From positions 76,386,490 to 76,450,489 of the forward strand of contig JARDVH010000132.1 in NCBI GenBank assembly GCA_030324005.1: a stretch of 64,000 nt of DNA, given 5' to 3'. Positions 12,106-25,945 of the stretch are shown here, in pieces. The stretch is from Negaprion brevirostris. Taxonomy: Eukaryota. Below the pieces are notes generated by a model. The model searched no databases. It was given only the letters and a program-made list of their open reading frames with translations, and was not told the origin of the DNA. Position 1 is the stretch's first letter. Each line of letters opens with the position of its first letter. The position numbers and the translations under genes are program-made.

Positions 12106-13439
12106 TTTCATTTCCTTAATCTGAAAAATGGGAAGAGCTGTATAATAGCTAGCTGAGTTAATACCACTCATTTTACACTGTCAATCAAAATCAAAATCAC
12201 ATGCTGTGTGCACATCAGCAATCCAAGAGCAAAGCTCAACTGACCCCTCATGATTTCCTGTTTGGAAACACAAGTTTGTATAACTGACTGCTGTGCTTTA
12301 TGTGCCTCATACTAAATCTGACTGTCATTGTCAGCCTGTAACTGAGAACCAAAATGTTTTGAGCGCTGGGGGAAGCTCTGTGCACTGCAAATAATGAACA
12401 ATATTCACCAAAGTGTGGCCGCATTTCAAACTTGTATTTTTGATGGCGAGCAAACCATGTAGAATACTTACTATAATGTTTCCATGTTCTCGTACATTAT
12501 GATTACTTAAGAGCAAATTAAAGAAGTAAAGCCTTTTTTCATTTCTCTCGCTGCACTGTTATAGGAATTAATAGGATCTGACACTTGAGGAATACCTGAA
12601 TCTTTTTATATTTTGCTACTGCTAAGGCAAAGTTTATTAGAATAGATTTGATCTCCCTGAAACTTATCATCAAACTTATTAACAAAGGACCAGATTTTTA
12701 TAGAGTTGAGAAGACTCCACAGACCTTTGGAAATGGTGCATAGAACCCAGATGCAGACAGTCAATCGGGCAGCATGGTCGGTGCAGGCTTCAAGGGCTGA
12801 AGGGCCTGTTCCTGTGCTGTAATTTTCTTTGTTCGTTTTTCATTGTTTTTTGTCCTGTCCTCAATTCAGATTGACCTGATTTTTACCAGGTGGGAGTTCA
12901 AACAGACTTGCATGGACCTTAATGCATAGTGCAGGAGGCATAAATTGATGGAGTAGATATAAACACTGTTGAAAGGTTGATAAATTCTGTGTAACTGTCC
13001 CTGCAGCTGTCCCTAAGAGTGAAAAAAAAGCTGGACTGCTTTGATTGACAGGCCATCTGCTGCAGGTTCGAAAAAAAACTGTAGCATCTGAACATACAGT
13101 TTCAATTAAGATCTTTGTAACATTTTTTCCACGATTATTATTATGTCATTACGAATGATTGGCGGAATTTCAAAAGCTACAATTATTCCTGTAGGAGGTT
13201 CTGAGTTCATAGTTTGATTGACAGTTTAAAGACCCTGTTGAAAAATGAGATGCCTTTGACGTGGGAGTTTGAAAGAAATGTCCTTGTTTTAATGAGGGAT
13301 TAAGCTCTTGAGTAGTTTTAAAAGATTTTAGTAGTTTCTACAAATTGGAGTATGTTTACTCTCATGAGTGAGAACTTTATTAGATTGTGAGAGTTTTCTT
13401 TTCATTTTCATATGGCTCCTGAAGTCCGCCTATTGGGAT

Positions 13440-13965
13440 TTTTTTATTCATTCAGGGGATGTGGTATTGCTGGCTAGGCCAATGTTTATTGCCCATCGCT
13501 AATTGTTCTTGAGAATCATAGAATCCATACAGTGCAGAAGAAGACCATTTGGCCCATCAAGTCTGCACTGACTCTCTGACAGAGTATCTTACCAGGCCTT
13601 CTTTCCTTGTCCTATCCTGGTAATCTCACATATTTACCCTACTAATCACCCTAACCTACATTTCTTGGGACACTAAGAGGCAATTTAGGATAGTCAACCC
13701 AACCAACCTGCATCTAAGGACTATGGGAGGAAACCAGAGCACCCGGAGGAAACCCAAGCAGACATAGGGAGAATAAGCAAACTCCAGAGAAGGTGGTGGT
13801 GAGCTACCTTCTTGAACCAATGCAGTCCATGTGGTGTAAGTATACCCACAGTGCTGTCAGTGACGGTGATCCAGGGTTTTGATCCAGTAACAGTGAAGGA
13901 ATGGCAGTATACTTCCAAGTCAGGATGGTGAGTGGCTTGGAGGAGAATTTTCAGGTGGTGTTCCC
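13440..13965 (-). mobile_element. LINE 3' end sharing the SINE-B tail, split by an HE1 SINE at 13513-13787
   Basis: ttattcattcaggggatgtggtattgctggctaggcc...gcccatcgctaattgttcttgagaa continues after the SINE as gagaaggtggtggtgagc. Confidence 0.75.
13513..13787 (-). mobile_element. HE1 V-SINE, 5' truncated
   Basis: gaatcatagaatcc tail and ggaggaaaccagagcacccggaggaaaccc V-domain on the plus strand. Confidence 0.85.
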
Positions 13966-14139
13966 ACTGAGAACTGGAATAAAGCTAGAAGATGGCATAT
14001 AAACTCTGAAGGTTTTGCACGTCTGCATCTGTGGAGAGAGAAACAGTCTTAACATTTGAAGTCTGTGTGCATATTCTCCTCACGTTTACATGAGTTTCCT
14101 CCAGTTGTTAATAGTTGTTAAGGTCATTGCTCAGTAAAA

Positions 14140-14625
14140 GCAAAACTGAACAACAATGACAGATGGCTCTGTGTAATGGGGAGGAAGTGGTGGGGAAGGG
14201 GGGTCAATAAGGCAAACAAAAAGAACACAAAACAAAAAGGAGAAATTCCACAGTCTAAAACTGATGCACACAGTGTTGAGTCCAGAAGGCTATAATGTAT
14301 CTAATGAGAAAATGAGGTGTTTGTTATTCATCCACTTTGTGTTGGAATTCACTGGAGCACTGCAGCAGGCCTAGGACGTGAATGTGCATATGAGAGCATT
14401 GTGGTGATTTGAAATGGCTATCGATAGGATGTTTAGGGTTATGCGTGTGGACTGAGCAAGGATGTTTTGCAAAGTGGTAAACCAGTTTGCATTTAGTTTT
14501 TGCAATGGAGTGGAGGCTGCAATGGGAGCAATAAATAGAGTAAACCAAATTAGGGAGGTGAAAGTGAAATGCTGCTTCTCCTAAAAGGAGTGTTCAGGGC
14601 TTTAGACAGTGGGAATTTAATACTG
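14140..14625 (-). mobile_element. Penelope-like element GIY-YIG endonuclease remnant
   Basis: ORF 14324-14548 VYSIYCSHCSLHSIAKTKCKL...FAKH...PIDSHF...VLGL is a degenerate form of VYCIxCxxCGLLYIGETKRRL...FAEH...PVAxHF. Confidence 0.85.
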
Positions 14626-16530
14626 GGGTGAATGGCTGTGGGGGAAGAATGGAGGGTTCAAAGGTGTCAGTGGGTGGGTGGGGAGTATGATTTGGCATTG
14701 ATTTGGTATTGGAAGGTATGAGGTTCATGGGGTGAGTAGAGGCATGAGTTAGTACTGAGTTGGCATGGAGGGTATGAGAAGTCCTGGGGAGGGTGCAGGT
14801 GTGAGGCATAAGGGCTAGATGGGCCAAAAACTTCTGAAACAACTGGGACATTGTCCCAGAGAACCAACGGGGCCTTCTAACTGTTCCACCTTGGCATCCC
14901 CCTGTACCATGGCCACCTAGGCTGTTTCTGCAGTCAGTGGAGCCAACTCTATTCCATATCAGAGCAAGAATCATGCAATTTGGAGTACATTTCACTGAGG
15001 CTGGTCTGGTGAGTCATGAGATTTTGAACTACATACCTCTGTAAAAAAATCTGGCCTGAGGGAAAAGCAATGGATAACTAAATACACAGCAAAAAACTGC
15101 AGGTTCCCAAAACTCGAGACATGATTAGAAAAAAACTGAGAACATTCAGCAGACAGGAAATGCCACAGGGGAGAAATACCTATTAAATTATACCACAGAA
15201 ACGTAGGACTGGGACTTAACAAACTAAGTGTCTTTTTAACAATGGGACAATAAATAAAGCAATGCCAATCAACCACTTTGGCTAGGATGGGAACAATGGA
15301 GACTGTTTAATCTCATTCCAATATGCAATAGATTGTTATTAGAGATTTTAAGAATGAAAAATATTAAGTGTATTATTTTCTTTTGTTTTGTCTCTTTTTT
15401 ATTCTCCCTTTTAATCCAATCTTTCTTTCCTCCTCTGCAGCTCTCTCTCTTGTAACTCTTTTGTCTCTAATTTACCCTCCTTCTCCATTGTTCCACTGCT
15501 ACCTTTTGATCCTTCATGTTCGTTGTTTAAGGAGATAGACCATTAGTTTCACCTTTCACTAAGTCCCTATGTTGTTAAAAGTTTATAAGGATAACAGGGA
15601 AAAAATAAGCTACTAGGTGAAGGAGATAGTTTAACAGCGTATGTCCTCAGATGCCCTATTGCAGCCAGATCTGGCAATTTGCCAGCGTGGATGTTTCTAA
15701 TATATTCTATTTTCTTTCATAAAGGTTTCATTGCCACTTTTTCCATTGATGCTCAGAACTGTCTTATGTTTGTTGAAGTCTGTAAGAGTTTGTAAATGAT
15801 CTTTATTGAGAAAACACTCATTAACTGCCGCAGAAAAGATAAATGACCTGAGAACATGGTTTAAATTAGAAAAATATTACGTTTGCTTGGCATTTATTTC
15901 CTTCCTATCCATACTGCCAGATTACTATTGCTGCTTGCCATATTGAGTTTCTTAAAGCTGTGAAACATTCTTGGATGTCATTAATTGGTAGCTGCCACTC
16001 CCACAGCCATAAAAATATCGCACCTTCTGTTCATGACAAAATAAACTATCATTTCTATATTTGTGTCATGCTTGAGACAACTGTTTTGCACAACGTATCA
16101 CTTTTCAAGCCACGTTTTGGTGTGAACAGCATTCATCAGATTCACATTTGCCCATAGACATTTCATGGAATTTTTCATGGTAATTTACCATTAAAAGGAG
16201 CTCATAAAGTACAGCCTCCTCTAGGGGACATTGCAACCTATGTGAACAGGCAAGCAACTGCATCTCTCCTTAACCAATCAGCTTGAAGACTTATTAATAA
16301 GTGGCTCAGAGTCTAAACCAGGAGGTGTCAATTAGAATAGTGACTTCAGTGTCAAATCAGATTCAGGNNNNNNNNNNNNNNNNNNNNNNNNNNNNNNNNN
16401 NNNNNNNNNNNNNNNNNNNNNNNNNNNNNNNNNNNNNNNNNNNNNNNNNNNNNNNNNNNNNNNNNNNNNNNNNNNNNNNNNNNNNNNNNNNNNNNNNNNN
16501 NNNNNNNNNNNNNNNNNNNNNNNNNNNNNN

Positions 16531-16730
16531 TGGACATTAAAGTGTAATTTATCATGGCCAATCAACCTAATCGCCACGTCTTTGGAGTGTGGGAGGAAAC
16601 CAGAATACTCAGAGGAAACCCACACAGACATTGGGAGAATGCGCAAATCCCACACAGTCACCCAAGACCAGAGTTGAACCTAGATTCCTTGCGGTGTGAC
16701 ACAGCACTGCTTACCACTGTGCTACCATGC
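16531..16730 (-). mobile_element. HE1 V-SINE, tail in gap
   Basis: Reverse complement of the HE1 head and V-domain. Confidence 0.85.
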
Positions 16731-17619
16731 TATGAAAGAAAGATTATAATAAGAAAGAGACTAAGCTATTCCAAAAAATGACTTGAATGTAATGCGGTGG
16801 TGACAGTAGTGAATCCAGGAGCTGAGAAGGGCTCTGTCATTCAGAATCTTTCTTCTTTTGCTGAATGATCATGCTGCATCTGCTTTTAAGTAAGTCACTC
16901 AATTTCAAGATGCACAGAGTCAAGTGATATTCTTTGATGGCTTGTTTTGAACAAGTGTTTTGTGAATTTCTGAAATTAGTAGCAAATGTTACATTGTTAG
17001 CCCATATCACATTGCCACTTTGAGGAAGTTATGGCCCAGCCAGCAGTTACCCAAATCGATTATCTTCTGGGCCTGTCTCATCAGACCTTCCAATTCAGGC
17101 CAGGCAAGATCCAGGCTGCACAGCTGACCCCGGAGGTCCAGAGTGGAAGTCCAGCTTCAGTGAAGCGCAGGAGGTCATGTCCCTTTTTTATAGCTCTGAC
17201 TGTTGTAAACCAGGTAAGTTAAAGGCCCCATTGAAATTGAAGGGTCCTCCAGGAGAAAGTAAGTGGATAGTATTTGGGGGTGGGTATGTAGGTCTGTGGT
17301 AGGAGGGTTCGAGATCTGTGAGAGGTTTGAGATAAGAAGGGGGGACCTAGGGTGGAGTGGGATCACCCTTCAGGAGGGGGAATCAGGTTGGTGAGGGGGG
17401 GCGTGGGGGGCAGAGAAATGGGTCAGACCTGCAGGGNNNNNNNNNNNNNNNNNNNNNNNNNNNNNNNNNNNNNNNNNNNNNNNNNNNNNNNNNNNNNNNN
17501 NNNNNNNNNNNNNNNNNNCCTGGGCATTGGGTCTGGCTATCAGAGGCAGGGTCATGTCAGGTACAGGGGTGTCAAGTCGGGTGGGAGTAGGTTCTAATCG
17601 GACAGGAGGGGTGGGGCTT

Positions 17620-20170
17620 TGATTCGATGTATTATTGTCACATGTATTAGGATACAGTGAAAAGTATTGTTACCAGTGCGCTATACAGATAAAACATACC
17701 TTTTGTAGGGTACATAGTGGAGAAGGAAACAATAGGGTGCAGAATATAATATTGCAGTTACAGATTGGATGAAGAGAAAAATTAGCTTAATAAAAGATAG
17801 AATCATCCAAAAATCTGATGGCAGCAGAGAAGAAGCTGTTTGTGAGTTGTTTGGTCCATGTTTTCAGATTTCTGTTCTTTTCCCGATGGAAGAAGATGGA
17901 GAAGAGTATGGGATCTATTCTCCCACCCCACCACTCTAGTTCTCTAGCGCAGCATACTGGGAGAATCTTGGGTCTGTGCATGTGTTCCCAGCCTGGATTT
18001 CTGGCACCATCAGGTCTATGCTGGAAACCAGCGAGAAGAACAAGGAAAGTTATTTGCATCTATTTTTAATGTTATTATCGGGCCCGGGACTGAACTCTCC
18101 AGGTTCGCTAACATCTCCCACCCCACCAGAGAATTTCACTCTCGCGGGGCTTACAGTACCTCCCCACTTTTGGGAACTATCGGGATGACTCCGCTGGAGT
18201 GAATGGTGGGGAATCAGAGTCCTCCAGGGGGTCAGGTGGAGGGGGGGTGGTGTCCCCTGGGCATGGGCATCCTGGCAGTGCCAGCCTGTGCTCCCTGGCA
18301 CTGCCCAAAGGGAAAAGTACCCATGCTTAGAGATCAAGTTAGCATTGCCCATTGGGCAAGGGGCAGTGCCAAGAGAGTGGGGCCTATAGGAGGGAGGGCC
18401 TGGTGGGGGAATGGCTTAGGGGCAATCAGTGGGGGGTGGGAGGGGGTTGCTGCTGCCACTCTGCATGGGGATTGATGGGGGCATGAGGGTGGTCAGCGAT
18501 TGGGGCAGGCTGGGGAAAAGGGCTGGAGATCGGACTGGGCTGGGAGGGTCTGCCTGGGGGGTGGGTCAGAATTGTTGGGGTAGGAGTGAATCTGTTTTTG
18601 TGGGGGAGGATTGAGCCATCTGGGGGTGCCTGCCGGGGTGGGATTGGCGGGGGTGTGGTCTGCCACGGGGGACAGTATTGGCATTGCGGGTGGAGGGGTG
18701 CTGGAGGATCGGGACAGTCCAGGAAGGGATGGGGTCAGGCTATCGTTGGGGGGACCGCAATAAATTGTGGGGGCTGGGGGAGGCAGCATTGTGGAGGTTT
18801 CGGGCTGGCCAGCAATTGAGCTGGCCACAAACGGGAGGCTGACAGTTGGGTGCCACTGCGCATGTGCAGAGGCATGCTGAATAGGCTCCGACACCTGAAA
18901 TGTAATGATTTTGTACTGGTGACCTCTGCAGTGCACAGAGTGTGGGAGATTCTAGTGTAGACTCCCACTAATAAAAACACATGAATTACTCAGTTTTCCC
19001 GCAAATTCAAAGCACAGAATTTTTTTTGGGAGAATCGTGCCCTATGATCAGGGTATGTGGGGTCCGCGATTATGCTGGTTGCTTTTCTGAGGCAGCAGGA
19101 AGTGTAGATAGAGTCAGTGGTTAGGAGGCTGGTTTGCGTGTTAGACTGGGCTATGTTCACAACCCTCTGTACTTCCTTGTGGTCTTGGGCAGAGCAGGAG
19201 CCATACGAAGCTGTGATACATCCAGAAAAGATGCTTTCTATGCTACATCTGTAAAAGTTGGTGAGATTCGTCGCAGACATGTCAAATTTCCTTAGCCTTC
19301 TGAGAAAATAGAAACATTGGTGGTCGTTCTTAGCTATAGGTGTGGAGGGACCAGGATTGATTGTTGGTGATCTGAACATCGAGGTACCTGAAGCTCTCCA
19401 TGTCATCGTCGTTGATATAGACAGGGGCATGTTCTCAACCACGTTTCCTGAAGTTGATGATAATTTCCTTCATTTTACTGACATTGAGGGAGTGATTATT
19501 GTCATTGTGTCATTTCACCAGATTCTTTATCTTTTTCCTGTACCCTGACTTGTCATTGTTTGAGATCTGACCACTATGGTGGTATCATCAGCAAATTTGA
19601 AAACGAAGTTGGAGGGGAATTTAGCCACACAGTCATAAGCATATAAGGAGTATTGTAAGGGGCTCAGGACACAGCCATGTGGGGCAGCAGTGTTGAGGAT
19701 AATTGCGAAGGAGGTTGTTACCTATCTTCACTGATTACAGTTGGTGGTTTAATAGAAATAGAAGTAGAACAGTACAGCAATGTCCAGGCCCTACAGCCCT
19801 CAATGTTGTGCTCAGCTATGTCCAAACCCAAGATCAAGCTATCCCACTCCCTATCATTCTGGAGTGCTCCATGTGCCTATCCAATAACCACTTGANNNNN
19901 NNNNNNNNNNNNNNNNNNNNNNNNNNNNNNNNNNNNNNNNNNNNNNNNNNNNNNNNNNNNNNNNNNNNNNNNNNNNNNNNNNNNNNNNNNNNNNNACACA
20001 GAGTTTGGAGATGAGTTTTGTTGGTATAATGGTGCTGAAGGCTGAGGTGTAGTCAATAAATAGGAACCTGACATAGGTGTCTTTGTTATTCAGATGTCCC
20101 AGGGTTCAGTGTAGGGCCAGGAAGATGATGTGTGCAGTGGGCCTATTGCAGCGATAATGGATAGATCCAG
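17620..20170 (-). mobile_element. Rex1/Babar-type LINE, RT C-terminus and 3' tail, interrupted twice
   Basis: ORF 18990-19442 contains YFLRRLRKFDMSATNLTNFYRCSIESIFSGCITASYGSCSAQD; tail at 17620-17909; insertions at 17910-19042 and about 19750-19995. Confidence 0.85.
17910..19042. mobile_element. non-autonomous PIF/Harbinger element
   Basis: TIRs gggatctattctccc / gggagaatcgtgccc; 3-bp TAT duplication at 17907-17909 and 19043-19045; G-rich interior. Confidence 0.85.
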
Positions 20171-22834
20171 GCAATCTGGGAGACCAGACAGGTCAGGTCT
20201 GGAGTTGGTAGCAGGGGTGGTGGAGTGTTGGGCCTCAGGTAGATGATGTGGTGAGACTTGGCCTGTGGTCAGTGAAGGAGTCCTGTACAGGTGGGGGGGA
20301 ATTCCCATGGAGGGTTGGGGAAAACCATGGAGGTGTTCTTAGTCAGGAGTTTGAGGAGTGTCTGGGTTATTGTGATTGTGGTGTGTGTCCCATGGGATTC
20401 CGGGACCATGGGGTAGTCCAGTAAGGGGCAGGGGGTGCTAGTCTGGGTACTTATAATAGTTACTCAGAGGTTAATGGAAATTTTAATTTCTCATATTTTT
20501 CTGGGTAATTATTGGTTTAATGTAATTACCCTTCATCCAGGTAAAGTGGGATTATTCCAACACCCTATTGACTTGTCTTGTAGATGGTTGACAAGATTTG
20601 GGTAGTCAGGTGGGGAGCCAGTCACCACAGGATTCCTCGCCTCAGACTTGCTTTTGTTGCCAAGGTATTTATACGGCTGGTCTAGTTCAGTTTCTGATCA
20701 ATGGTAACGCCCAGCATAATGTACTGTACAAAATGGTAGTGTTTACAAAGTCATGGATTTACTTTTGTCTGCTCACTGTTTGCTGGAAGAACAATTCTTT
20801 GTATTAAATTCCTATTTTTCCAACTAATTTGCAATAAAGTATGAAAAAGGATTTTAAAAATAAATTAGATTAGTTGGACATAAATTTGCAAAGAAATCTA
20901 AGATTAAGGATTTTTTCAGCCTGTTCCCTTTTCTATAAAATATTTAAGGGCTAATTTTAGGAAATGAAGGCTAATCTTCAAGGACTGCATCTCAGGAGCA
21001 ACATGTACACCCATCTGTTCAGTTGCAAAGTGTGGGAATGAATTCTAAATTTCATTTTGCATTCCTTATGGTTAAGTGGCTCTGCCAGGAGTACAATTGT
21101 ATAAAATTACCTCTGTAACAACTACGTGCTCCAGTGCTAATGATATTCTCTTTACTACTGTAGTTTTTAGTGTGCCACTTTTTTCACATTATAAATTCCT
21201 ACATGTATGTTTAGTATAGATTTTGCAAATCTAAGCTTGTCAGGCTTGCTGCAGGACCAATGGTGACTGTTGTTACAATCTCTGAAGAGACAGACAACTT
21301 TTAAAAAGACATCCAAACTTCCAGTTGCCAGGATGACACAACATAATTTCACGTTTTTTCCTACCGCTATGACATNNNNNNNNNNNNNNNNNNNNNNNNN
21401 NNNNNNNNNNNNNNNNNNNNNNNNNNNNNNNNNNNNNNNNNNNNNNNNNNNNNNNNNNNNNNNNNNNNNNNNNNNTAGTAGTCCAGTCACATAACCGTTA
21501 CAGTACTGACCCAATCAATCCTCTTGGAATAGGTTGAGAGGGATGGTGGGAAAGGCAATAGAAGTGGAGCAAACATACTGCAATGTGGACCAGTGCAGAT
21601 CATCCCCATTCTGATCAATTTAAATATGGCATGCATAATGGGATCTCTGTTTCTTTGCAAGCTTCGCTTTTGGGGATGTAACTAATGATCTGAGGGGAGT
21701 ACATTCTATTTCTGTGTTTCTCGCCTTAAAGTTATTATGGTTAAATAAGTAAATTAACCTTCTAAAAAAATCCGACCTACTAATTCAAATGAACAAGAGC
21801 AAAACGCGCATTGCAATTTGAAAAATATTTTAACTATTTTACCAAGTTATTTTTCAGACCCTGCACTATCAAAATGGGCAATACTACAAAGCAGTTACAT
21901 AAAAAAATTACTCAAACACCCTTGTCAGCTCCAGGCATACAAACTTTTCAAAATATATCTATCTCTAGTCAAAATATATGTGACATTTAATATAAATAAG
22001 TTTTGCTTGTTAAGCTGCCCTACTTCTAATATCTGACATTCTTAACCATACATACTAGGAGATCGTCTCCACACATTTACCGCAATGGGCTACATTCATG
22101 CCACTTGTTCTCCAATGACACTGGAAACAAGAGGATAGTAACCCACTTAATTCTTTCCCATGCACAATACCAATGCTGGTGCTTTCTGTTTGCATGACAG
22201 TTTACAATTTTGCAATGAGCTACAGTTGGAAAGTGTGGTAAAAGTGGTGACAGGAGTACAGCAGGTTGCTGCTATGGAAAACTACCATACCAGTGCCTGA
22301 CTACATGAACAAAAGATAGTGCAACTGTCGCTCCTATTGCAAGACTATTCTCACCCACTAAAGAAATACTGCTTCTCTCTGACACTCTATAGGTATATTA
22401 TCTATGCATTGTGGGTATATATATATATGAAAAGTTACTACATACATTTTTATATAAAGCTTTTGCATAGTTTTCAAACCTTGGAAGTAATGCCCCAAAT
22501 ACTCCTGGCTAATTCTTGAACAGTTTAAAAATACATGCAAATGGGTTTTATGGGTCAGAAGCATCACTTCCATCGTAGATGATTGGCTTTTCAACAGTTA
22601 GGTGATAAAACACCTTCTTTGAGGTAAACCTAAAAGAAATAAAGTGGCAACAGTTACTTTGATTGAATAGTGGGTTTGGCCAGTGAATGAATGAATGTCA
22701 AAGATTTCTCACAACACTTCTACATGAACTTCAAACTTGAGAGATTAAATTGGAACCTTGCACTATTCTGTGGGTTTAAGATTTTCACATTCTGTTTCTT
22801 TTGCTGTACTGGTAAAAACACATTTTCACCTTAA

Positions 22835-23865
22835 TGGGTGAATTTTATCCAGCCCGTCGTGGTGGGAAACATGGTGGCCAGGCGCACATAATCACATGGG
22901 AGGCTATGTGTCAGTCTGGACGAAGAGGGAAAACCTCCTGTAGGTAAAATCGGATGGGAGGCTGTGCATCAGTCCAGCAGGAGTAGGAAAACCTATATTG
23001 GTGGCAGGAAGGAGCTGACGCATGCAACTCACCAACTCCTGGCGGATGTCAATTATGTTCATTGTCAAACCACTTGATGTCGATTATCCTGTGTATAATG
23101 GAATTTTAGTGGTGACTTAGGAACTAGAGTCACATGGCTCTCCAGTGCCTCCCAAAGACTGCCCAGCAAATGGCATGGTGGCACAGTGGTTAGCATTACT
23201 ACCTCACAGCACCAGGGACCCGGGTTCAATTCTGGCTTCGGATCACTGTTTGTGTGGAGTTTGCACATTCTCCCTGTCTCTGTTTCCTCTGGTGGTCCGG
23301 TTTCCTCCCACAGTCCTAAGATATGCAGGTTAGGTGGATCAGTCATGCTAAATTGTCTCTTAGTGTCGGGGGACTAGCAGAATAAGTACATAGGGTTACG
23401 GGGACAGAGCCTGGTTGGGATTGTTGTTGGTGCAGGCTCGATGGGCTGAATGGACTCCTTCTGCAATGTAGTGTTTCTAAACCCAGAGGGGCGAATACCT
23501 CATTTACAGGCAGTCAGTGCCCAATCAATGGACCCAACATTGGAAGAGGGTGAAGGGGACCACTGTAAACCACCCCTCTGCTCTTACCTCCAACTTCTTC
23601 CACCCAACTTACCTGTCACCCCATTCCACCTCATTTAGCACCGGCTCCAGATCCCTGGTGAAATCATTAGAGCATTACTGGCAGCAGTTGCCACTCCTAA
23701 CGACATTGCCTCTGATTGGCTGGCATTTCTCCATGGTGGGGCTTCCAACTGAGTGAGTGCAAAAGTTCTGCCTTATGCCAATCAATGCTGGTTAGAGCAC
23801 AAAATGGCATTGGACTTTCTGAAGGTGGGGTCTGAGTTTTGGTCAACCTGAAAAATTCAGGTCAT
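22835..23865. mobile_element. Harbinger-like non-autonomous element carrying an HE1 insertion
   Basis: Begins gggtgaatttt and ends gaaaaattcaggtc; imperfect internal tandem duplication at 22895-23000. Confidence 0.55.
23170..23480 (+). mobile_element. HE1 V-SINE
   Basis: tggcatggtggcacagtggttagc head through caggctcgatgggctgaatgg tail. Confidence 0.9.
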
Positions 23866-24349
23866 GATTTTGAACTGGAGTCTCTGCGTATCAAGTGGAA
23901 CCAGAAAATCTGGTTTAGTTTTTCTTTTCCAGTTCCTAAACTAATCTGTAAAATGTACCCCATAATTTATATAACGTTATAAACTGACACATGGCACAAG
24001 TGATACTGTTATATTAGTGAGTATAAAGTTGGGTTGATTGCATTGTCTGCATTTATGGATAGGTTTTATACGAGGGTCTTTCTGGATGGTTTATTGTGGG
24101 GGAGGGGAGCTGTAATAGTGTACAAGCCAGGGTCCATAAAGAGTATATGGTTTATAGGGAACTGTTTATTTGTGTGTGGCTTATGGTTTATACACATTAC
24201 TTTATGAAAATACCTTTATTTCAGGATCATTTTGAGTATGCGGTATTGTTGCTGAATCTTGCTGCTGGAAATGCATGTTGGAATTCTAGTTTACACACCT
24301 TATGACTTTCTACCTATTTGCCTCTGCATAGAATTATCCTCTATATATT

Positions 24350-24727
24350 TGATTATTCATTTGTGGGATGTGGGATCACTGGCTGGCAGGCATTTATTGC
24401 CCACTCTTTTATCACCCTTGGACCGAGTGGCTTTCTGGGCCATTTCAGAGGGCAGTTGAGAGTCAACAACTTTGTTATGGCTCTGGAGTCACTTGTTGGC
24501 CAGACCAGGTCAGGATGGCAAATTTCTTTCCCTACAGGACATTAGTAAACCAGATGGGTTTTTCTGACAATCAGCAATGGTTTCATGGTCATCAGTAGAA
24601 TTTTGATTCCAGATTTTTTTTATTGAATTCACCACTTGCCATAGTGGGATTCGAACCCTGTTCCCAGAAAATGAGCTGAATTTCTCTTTTAATAGTCTAG
24701 CGATAATATCATAGGCCATCACCTCCC
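24350..24727 (-). mobile_element. SINE family B
   Basis: Reverse complement of 2777-3172; B box visible as gggattcgaaccc on the plus strand. Confidence 0.85.
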
Positions 24728-25782
24728 TTGAGTTTGTATATGCATATGCTGACAAATAAATGGTTACTTAAAAGTGTCTATGCGGGATATTCCGATTGTG
24801 ATAAAAGCATGGTTTAAAGTACATCTCTGAAATGCTTCTCAAGATTTTATGAGATGCAGAGGATACAAAGGTATCATCCTTCTTACACTTCCCAAAATGA
24901 ATATTATTCTTTCAATCCGTGTACTATTTTAAGTACTGTGCAATAAATATCAAATTATTATCAGTTACATTTGTCCTTAGGGTATCCATGTTTCATTTTC
25001 CAATGAAATTGTTAATCGTCTTTTCCTACAGCTTTTCCGAGCTGTCAGTAATTTGAAAGCAACGTGCTGAGGCACAGTAATTACCTTTAGTCTGAAATAT
25101 GTCAGGACATGAAAGGTTATCGACACAGTCTTTCTCCTTCAGCAATAATGAACAAGTAACAGCAATAATATCACAAATGTGTTGAACCACTTAGGAAGCA
25201 TTTTAAAATACAACTGTGCTACCTTCACATGTTTGCTTTAACATGACGTGGGTTACTACAGGACATATAATTCTTTTGTGATATAATAAATGATTAGCAA
25301 TCTTCCACCATTCGAATTGTTAGAATTGTTTTGTTTGATACGGTCAAAATAAAGAATTTGATCAAAGTTAACTGGATAATTGTGGGAGATTTTTAATATC
25401 CTTTTTTTGTGGTGCGTAAGTGATTAATATCACCTTGTATAAACTTAGCTATATAATTGTAAACTCTTCTGATGTAATGCAAGAATGAGTGTCTCCTAAG
25501 AAGCTAATAACCTAACCAAGTTCCTTCGTCTTAACATATTGACTTGGGAGAATCCTTCCCAAATTTGTGTTTGCCCTCAGCATTGACACAAATATTGCAT
25601 TGTAGAAATGGTACTTTAGTTTTACCTGTCCAAATAGAGGACACCTACTGATCATCAACATTCGCAGACGTGATTCTGCCTGGAGCATACGAGAAAAATA
25701 TTTTGAATATGAATGTCATAAATAAGGTATACGTATGCAGCCCAAAATTGTGCCCTCTTTTACAGCTGGTGTCAATTGTAAT

Positions 25783-25945
25783 ACAGTAAGAAGTCTCACA
25801 ACACCAGGTTAAAGTCCAACAGGTTTATTTGGTAGTAAACACCCCTAGTTTTAGTGGCTTAGTTTACTACCAAATAAATCTGTTGGACCTGGTGTTGTGA
25901 GACTTCTTACTGTGTTTACCCCAGCCCAACGTTGGCATCTCCACA
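25783..25945. mobile_element. Penelope-derived palindromic mini-element
   Basis: Inverted arms 25783-25840 and 25862-25913; flanked by tcaattgtaata / tcaattgtgata. Confidence 0.8.

Noticed and set aside
12472-12505. 34-nt minus-strand segment with good splice sites
   Set aside because: Isolated, unrecognised peptide, expected by chance in AT-rich DNA.
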